This document shows, piece after piece, positions 48,271 to 53,162 of a stretch of 53,162 bases of DNA; the stretch's first letter is position 1; each line of letters begins with the position of its first letter. Source of the stretch: an uncultured Methanosarcinales archaeon (GTDB taxonomy: Archaea > Nanobdellota > Nanobdellia > Woesearchaeales > CAYMBN01); NCBI GenBank assembly GCA_964388715.1, contig CAYMBN010000010.1, forward strand, positions 1 to 53,162, given 5' to 3'. The position numbers and the translations under genes were made by a program. The notes below the pieces were generated by a model, which was not told the DNA's origin, did no database searches, and saw only the letters and a program-made list of their open reading frames with translations.

Positions 48271-48493
48271 TTTTACTTACTTGATAATTATTTTACTTAT
48301 TTAATAATTAACTTAATAAGTAATTTTTCTTACTTACTAAATAATCAATTCCAAAAAACATCAACTTGAATAATAATCTTTTTCTCCCATTTAATAATCC
48401 TAAATACTTATTTAATAATTATTTTACCTATTTAATCATCACATGATAATCAAAAACCAAAACATTTATATATAAAATCCACTTACTTAATAT
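48271..48493. repeat. Array of degenerate direct repeats TACTTAYTTAATAAT with about 20-bp phasing
   Basis: Copies start near 48274, 48294, 48331, 48405, 48425 and 48480 in an AT-rich intergenic region. Confidence 0.65.
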
Positions 48494-48610
48494 TTATTCT
48501 TGGGGTCGGAGCAACAAAAGTAGCAGGTATTGTAGAAAATCACAGCAGAAAAAGAGATTGAAACCAATAAAGAACTTAATTTAACTAATCTAGAATCTGA
48601 TTTTCAAGCT

Positions 48611-49063
48611 TTGATAAAAAAACTAGAAAAACACTACAAACTCAGCTCAAATGAAATCTATGCTTTATTCACACTCAAAGCTCGTTCTGTTTTGAAAAAA
48701 CCAACAGAAATTCTCATTCCAATTTCAATCTTTACTTCTTCCCTTGGCTCTCTTGAAGCAATTGTCAAATTCCTAAAAGAAAACTATCATCTAAAATACA
48801 AACAAATTGCTCAATTAATCAACAGAAATCATATTACAATTGGCTGCACATACAGAAACGCAAGAAAAAAAATGCCAGAACCATTCAAAATAGAACCTTC
48901 TGAATACACAATCCCTGTCTCAATCTTAAAAGACAGAAAAATTCCAGTTCTAAAAAACATTTCTCTTTACTTAAAAAACACTTATGATTTATCTTATCAT
49001 AAAATAGCTGTTTTACTAAAACGAAACGATAGAACAATCTGGACAACATGCAATCGAAAATAA
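48611..49063 (+). CDS. Tandem-HTH DNA-binding protein (two internal repeats); start uncertain
   Basis: IPISIF..LGSLEAIVKFLKE..LKYKQIAQLINRN and IPVSIL..PVLKNISLYLKN..LSYHKIAVLLKRNDRTIWT. Confidence 0.75.
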   Translation: MIKKLEKHYKLSSNEIYALFTLKARSVLKKPTEILIPISIFTSSLGSLEAIVKFLKENYHLKYKQIAQLINRNHITIGCTYRNARKKMPEPFKIEPSEYTIPVSILKDRKIPVLKNISLYLKNTYDLSYHKIAVLLKRNDRTIWTTCNRK

Positions 49064-52000
49064 AATTTAATTGGAAAGTGAACATAATCTTAGTAATCTT
49101 ACTAATCCTAGCAATAGCTTCTTCTGCAGAATCATCAATAACAGGATATGCAGTTGGAATACAAACAGATGAAACAATCACAGCAAACCCAGGACAAATA
49201 TTAAACATTGATATAAACTTATCAGATCTTACAATAGGTGAAACTTTCACATTTGAAGAAAAAACACCTAAAGACATTGAATTACTTAACTGGAATGTTC
49301 CAGATGTAACAGAAATCAACACAAGATTCTTAGAAGATGAAGGAAGATATGCATGGTCATTCAAACCATCAGCAGAGGAAATTGACTTATCATACCAACT
49401 TAAAGTTTCAGTTGCACCAGGCATGTATACATTAGATGCAATCTGGTTTAGTAGAGATGGCATGAGCAGAAAAATAAGAACACTTAATGTTTCACAACCA
49501 CTAACAATTCAATGCGGAGATTATGTTTGTGATGAAACAGAACTAGGTTGGTGTGCAACTGACTGTGATAACCAAGCACCATCTGTTGTAATTAATGAGT
49601 CAACAGCAGACACATCCTACAACCAATTAGGTATTTCACATATTTATGTTACAACAAAAGATGATTATGAAGTTGCAACTGTAACCCTTTTCTACAGAGC
49701 AATAGATGGTAATTGGGCTTCTATTGAAATGAATGAAGTACAAGAAATATTAACAGCACCAGCAAAAACAAGATCACTAATATACATCATACTCATCTTA
49801 ATCATCCTAGGAATATTATTTTATTACAGAAAAACAATAATTAACCTTTTCCACAAAAATAAAAAAACCAAAACATCTCCAATAGCACAAAAACTTGAAA
49901 AAGTTAAATCAGAAAAAGCAAAATTAAGAAAAGAAATCAGAAAAATAAAACTAAAGAAATTCCTAACCTTCTTCGGACTATTATTACTCTTTACATTAAC
50001 AATCATCGCACTCACAGACACAAAACTCTTTGAATTCAAACTTGAAAATGTAACACAAGAACTTGAATATTATATTGTTGTAACAGACACAGCAGGAAAC
50101 ACATACACATACAACAACAATGGCCAACCATTTAAGATAGAAGAAAAACTATTAGAAATCCCTCCTCCAACAATTCTTCCAGGAATCAATTTCCTACCTC
50201 CAACACCAGAAGATGAAGAACAATTAAACAAAACTCACTTTGAAGTTAATGTTTCAATAATCAACATCAGCAATGTAAACTCAATAATTTACAACTGGGA
50301 CAATACTGAAACTGATTACCTTGATGATTCCTTAATCTTAATGTATAACTTTGACAATGTGAGTGCGATTGGTGAAAGTATTGTAAAAAAAGGGGATAAA
50401 ACAATTGACATAAGCACACATGGAAATGATGGTATCTCTACAAGCTTTGGAAGTTACAGTCCACCAACCTGGACTGAAAATGGTAAGTACAATGGAGCTC
50501 TTAATTTTGGTGGAAGAGGATTTGTAGTAATTCCTGAAACCCACTACCCAGACTTTGACAACCTTAATGCATTTACAGTTGGAATGTGGTATCATCCAAC
50601 AACATTTGACCATGGCCATGCTCTCTTTACAAACGGAAACATCTTTTACTTACATTATGATACTAGACCAGGCTATGGCTTAGGTCTTGATATTTATTAT
50701 GATGGAGGCAATAAAAAACATGTAAGTGGAAAAAATGTTAATCTCAACGAATGGCATTATATTACTGCTAGATGGGATGGAAATAAAGGTTATCTTTACT
50801 TAAATGGAGAAGAAATTTCTAATTTCAATGCTCCAAATACTTTAGCAGAAAGAACCTTAACATCAAAACTATCTATTGGCCATCACTGGAATGTACAATA
50901 TATGGATGGCATGTTAGATGAAGTTAAAGTATGGAACAGAGCACTCTCTCCAACAGAAATAAAACAACAATACAGTTTAAACCTAAACAAATATGACACA
51001 AACAAATGGTGGTTTTACCTAAACCAAACAGATTTAGAAGAAGAAACCTATACTTACAAAATATCTGTTTCAAACCAAAGCAACGATTACTCAACAGAAC
51101 AAAGAACCATTATAGTTAAACCAACAATCCCTAAAATTACCTTCCTTTCACCTGAGAAAAATCTCACAACAAACAAATCAAGCATTAATATCAGTATAGA
51201 CTTAACCAGTGTAAAAGATCTAAACTCTATAACATACAATTGGAATAATAAAAACCATTCTTATTATGATGATTCTTTATTATTAATGATGAACTTTGAC
51301 AAACTTGAAGAACTAGAAGAAACAGACACACAAGTCGCAGATTTAAGCACATACAAAAACAATGGTGAAGTAAGGAACGGTCCTACCTGGACATCACAAG
51401 GAAAGCATGGAGGAGCATATAGTTACCCAGGTTCACGTCCAAACCTAATTGATGTAAGTAATGACAAATTTGCAAACCTTAATGAACTTACTTTTAATGC
51501 ATGGGTTAACATAACAGGTGACGGTTCTCCTTATAAAATGGGTTGTATACTATGTCAAGATTACATGGGTTATGGTGCAAACTTCCCAGATACAGTTGAT
51601 GGCCCAGGATTATATTACCTCCAAGGCAATATTTACTGGAAAGTAATTGGTTATGAACAAAAAGATTCAAAAATTGCCCTACCAGCTTCACTTAACAAAT
51701 GGTATTATATTACAGCAACCCTAAACTCAACTCACCAATGTTTATACCTGGATGAAAATAGTGAATGTATTGAACATGGACTTACACCAAAACCAGATAA
51801 CACAGGAAGTCTTTTTATTGGTACAAACCCAGATGACAGTGCAGGTTATATGGGCTTTAAAGGAATTATTGATGAGGTTTATGTTTGGTCCAGAAGTCTA
51901 ACCAAACCCGAAATTGAACAAAACTATTTCAGTCACTTAAAACAATATGATACTAAGAAATACCTTCTTACCATTAACCAACAAGAAGGAATTAACAATC

Positions 52001-53162
52001 CTCTTAGCAAAGCCCAATACACTTACCAAACATTTGTAAAAGTTGCCAAAGCTCACACTTTCTCAGAAAAAAGAACAATCACAACAAATTACTCTCAACT
52101 AACAGCCAATCCTGAAGACAATTCAGAAGTTGATACAACACCAATTAAAATCAACGCAACAATCCACAATAATGACTTAAAAGAATTTATTTATACATGG
52201 AATAACACTGACTTTTACTTATATGATTCAGATCTTGTTGCAATGTATAACTTTGATAATCTTAATGCACTAGGTGAAAACTTCTCAAAAGTAGTTGATT
52301 TATCAAGATATGAAAATGATTGTGAAGTAATGCATACAGGATATACTCCTTGGGAACCAAATGGAAAATATAATGGTGCTTATAAATTCAAAGATGGTTA
52401 TCCAAAAACAACACAAGACTACATCAACTGTGGTAATGGTGACTACCTTCACATAAATGGTCCATTTACAATCAGTACTTGGATTAAACCATCAACAATG
52501 CCAGAAGATGGTTCTTATAGAATGATCCTTTCCAAAGGAGACATTGCAGCACCAAATGGTGGATATGGTTTACGTTTCGTTACAAACCAAAACACCTTAG
52601 GTTTCTGGACAACTTCGTGGTACTCTAGTTCAGGTAGTAATGGTATAAAAGGAGTTAACTGGAACTATGGTGATGAATCAGAGATAATTGATAAATGGTG
52701 GCATATTGTAGGAATTTATGATGGTACAAATAATTCCCTTTACATAAATGGTGAACTTGTTGGTACTGATGTAGGTTCTACACCAGGTGTTAATACTGAT
52801 TACATACTTAAATTAGGTAAACGTGGTACTGCTACAGGAGGTGCTTGGGGAAGTGCTTATGTTGGCTTAATTGACGAAGTACGTATCTGGAAAAAACCAT
52901 TATCAAAAGAAGAAGTTTACAAATTATACTCATCTAACCTAAACAAATTTGACACAGAAAAATGGTATTTCCAGATTGATCAGAACAAAAACCTTAACCA
53001 AGAACTAAATTATGGAACCTATAATTATAGTATAACTATTTTTAATGAATCAGAAGAAATCCCTTCTGGCACTAGAACAATCCAAGTAACAACAGACGCA
53101 ATCCCTGCAAAAATAGAATTCCTTCCACCAACTCCAGAAAACAATCAACAACAGGAACAAAC
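49048..53162 (+). CDS. Giant cell-surface protein with Ig-like and at least three LamG (concanavalin A-like) domains; 3' end outside the window
   Basis: Not in ORF track. Frame from ATG 49048 (MQSKIKFNWKVNIILVILLILAIA..SITGYAV) reads open wherever checked, through the window end. LamG motifs LxxxYNFD..GKYNGA..W.HI...G.IDEV.IW.R.LS..EI occur at about 50320-50990, 51270-51940 and 52220-52945. Confidence 0.9.
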   Translation, partial: MQSKIKFNWKVNIILVILLILAIASSAESSITGYAVGIQTDETITANPGQILNIDINLSDLTIGETFTFEEKTPKDIELLNWNVPDVTEINTRFLEDEGRYAWSFKPSAEEIDLSYQLKVSVAPGMYTLDAIWFSRDGMSRKIRTLNVSQPLTIQCGDYVCDETELGWCATDCDNQAPSVVINESTADTSYNQLGISHIYVTTKDDYEVATVTLFYRAIDGNWASIEMNEVQEILTAPAKTRSLIYIILILIILGILFYYRKTIINLFHKNKKTKTSPIAQKLEKVKSEKAKLRKEIRKIKLKKFLTFFGLLLLFTLTIIALTDTKLFEFKLENVTQELEYYIVVTDTAGNTYTYNNNGQPFKIEEKLLEIPPPTILPGINFLPPTPEDEEQLNKTHFEVNVSIINISNVNSIIYNWDNTETDYLDDSLILMYNFDNVSAIGESIVKKGDKTIDISTHGNDGISTSFGSYSPPTWTENGKYNGALNFGGRGFVVIPETHYPDFDNLNAFTVGMWYHPTTFDHGHALFTNGNIFYLHYDTRPGYGLGLDIYYDGGNKKHVSGKNVNLNEWHYITARWDGNKGYLYLNGEEISNFNAPNTLAERTLTSKLSIGHHWNVQYMDGMLDEVKVWNRALSPTEIKQQYSLNLNKYDTNKWWFYLNQTDLEEETYTYKISVSNQSNDYSTEQRTIIVKPTIPKITFLSPEKNLTTNKSSINISIDLTSVKDLNSITYNWNNKNHSYYDDSLLLMMNFDKLEELEETDTQVADLSTYKNNGEVRNGPTWTSQGKHGGAYSYPGSRPNLIDVSNDKFANLNELTFNAWVNITGDGSPYKMGCILCQDYMGYGANFPDTVDGPGLYYLQGNIYWKVIGYEQKDSKIALPASLNKWYYITATLNSTHQCLYLDENSECIEHGLTPKPDNTGSLFIGTNPDDSAGYMGFKGIIDEVYVWSRSLTKPEIEQNYFSHLKQYDTKKYLLTINQQEGINNPLSKAQYTYQTFVKVAKAHTFSEKRTITTNYSQLTANPEDNSEVDTTPIKINATIHNNDLKEFIYTWNNTDFYLYDSDLVAMYNFDNLNALGENFSKVVDLSRYENDCEVMHTGYTPWEPNGKYNGAYKFKDGYPKTTQDYINCGNGDYLHINGPFTISTWIKPSTMPEDGSYRMILSKGDIAAPNGGYGLRFVTNQNTLGFWTTSWYSSSGSNGIKGVNWNYGDESEIIDKWWHIVGIYDGTNNSLYINGELVGTDVGSTPGVNTDYILKLGKRGTATGGAWGSAYVGLIDEVRIWKKPLSKEEVYKLYSSNLNKFDTEKWYFQIDQNKNLNQELNYGTYNYSITIFNESEEIPSGTRTIQVTTDAIPAKIEFLPPTPENNQQQEQ

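Noticed and set aside
48271..48493. CRISPR array
   Set aside because: Repeats are short and degenerate, with no 30-40 nt unique spacers and no cas genes.
1..53162. Genome-wide stop-codon reassignment
   Set aside because: Conserved genes are full length under code 11, and TAA, TAG and TGA are all used as stops.

Overview
AT-rich archaeal chromosomal segment, most likely DPANN (Woesearchaeota-like, inferred from gene content). Markers include GatE, thermosome, TFS, NMD3, Cdc48, RtcB plus archease, TATA boxes with often leaderless starts, GGTGA/GGAGG RBSs and BHB-type tRNA introns. It holds about 50 CDSs. Three are missing from the ORF track: Cdc48 running off the left edge, a 47-aa ribbon-helix-helix protein, and a >1370-aa LamG/Ig surface protein running off the right edge. 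There are two intron-containing tRNAs: Thr-TGT, and Arg-CCT with two introns, one at the non-canonical D-loop 19/20 position. No CRISPR array, rRNA, integrase or transposase was seen. Most notable: (i) a family of short palindromes, mostly with C-NNN-G triloops, found between genes, in frame inside truD and apparently inside the tRNA introns; (ii) two unannotated ~120-130 nt structured intergenic elements (candidate ncRNAs); (iii) a TrmB-controlled unit pairing a CX5R phosphatase-fold protein with a phospho-His swivel-domain protein that lacks an ATP/PEP-binding domain; (iv) a membrane class III cyclase with Gln in place of the adenine-specifying Lys; (v) an RHH-metallophosphoesterase-AAA ATPase cassette; (vi) a giant surface protein with a transmembrane hairpin inserted inside an Ig-like domain. 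All calls come from motif recognition by eye; no searches were run.
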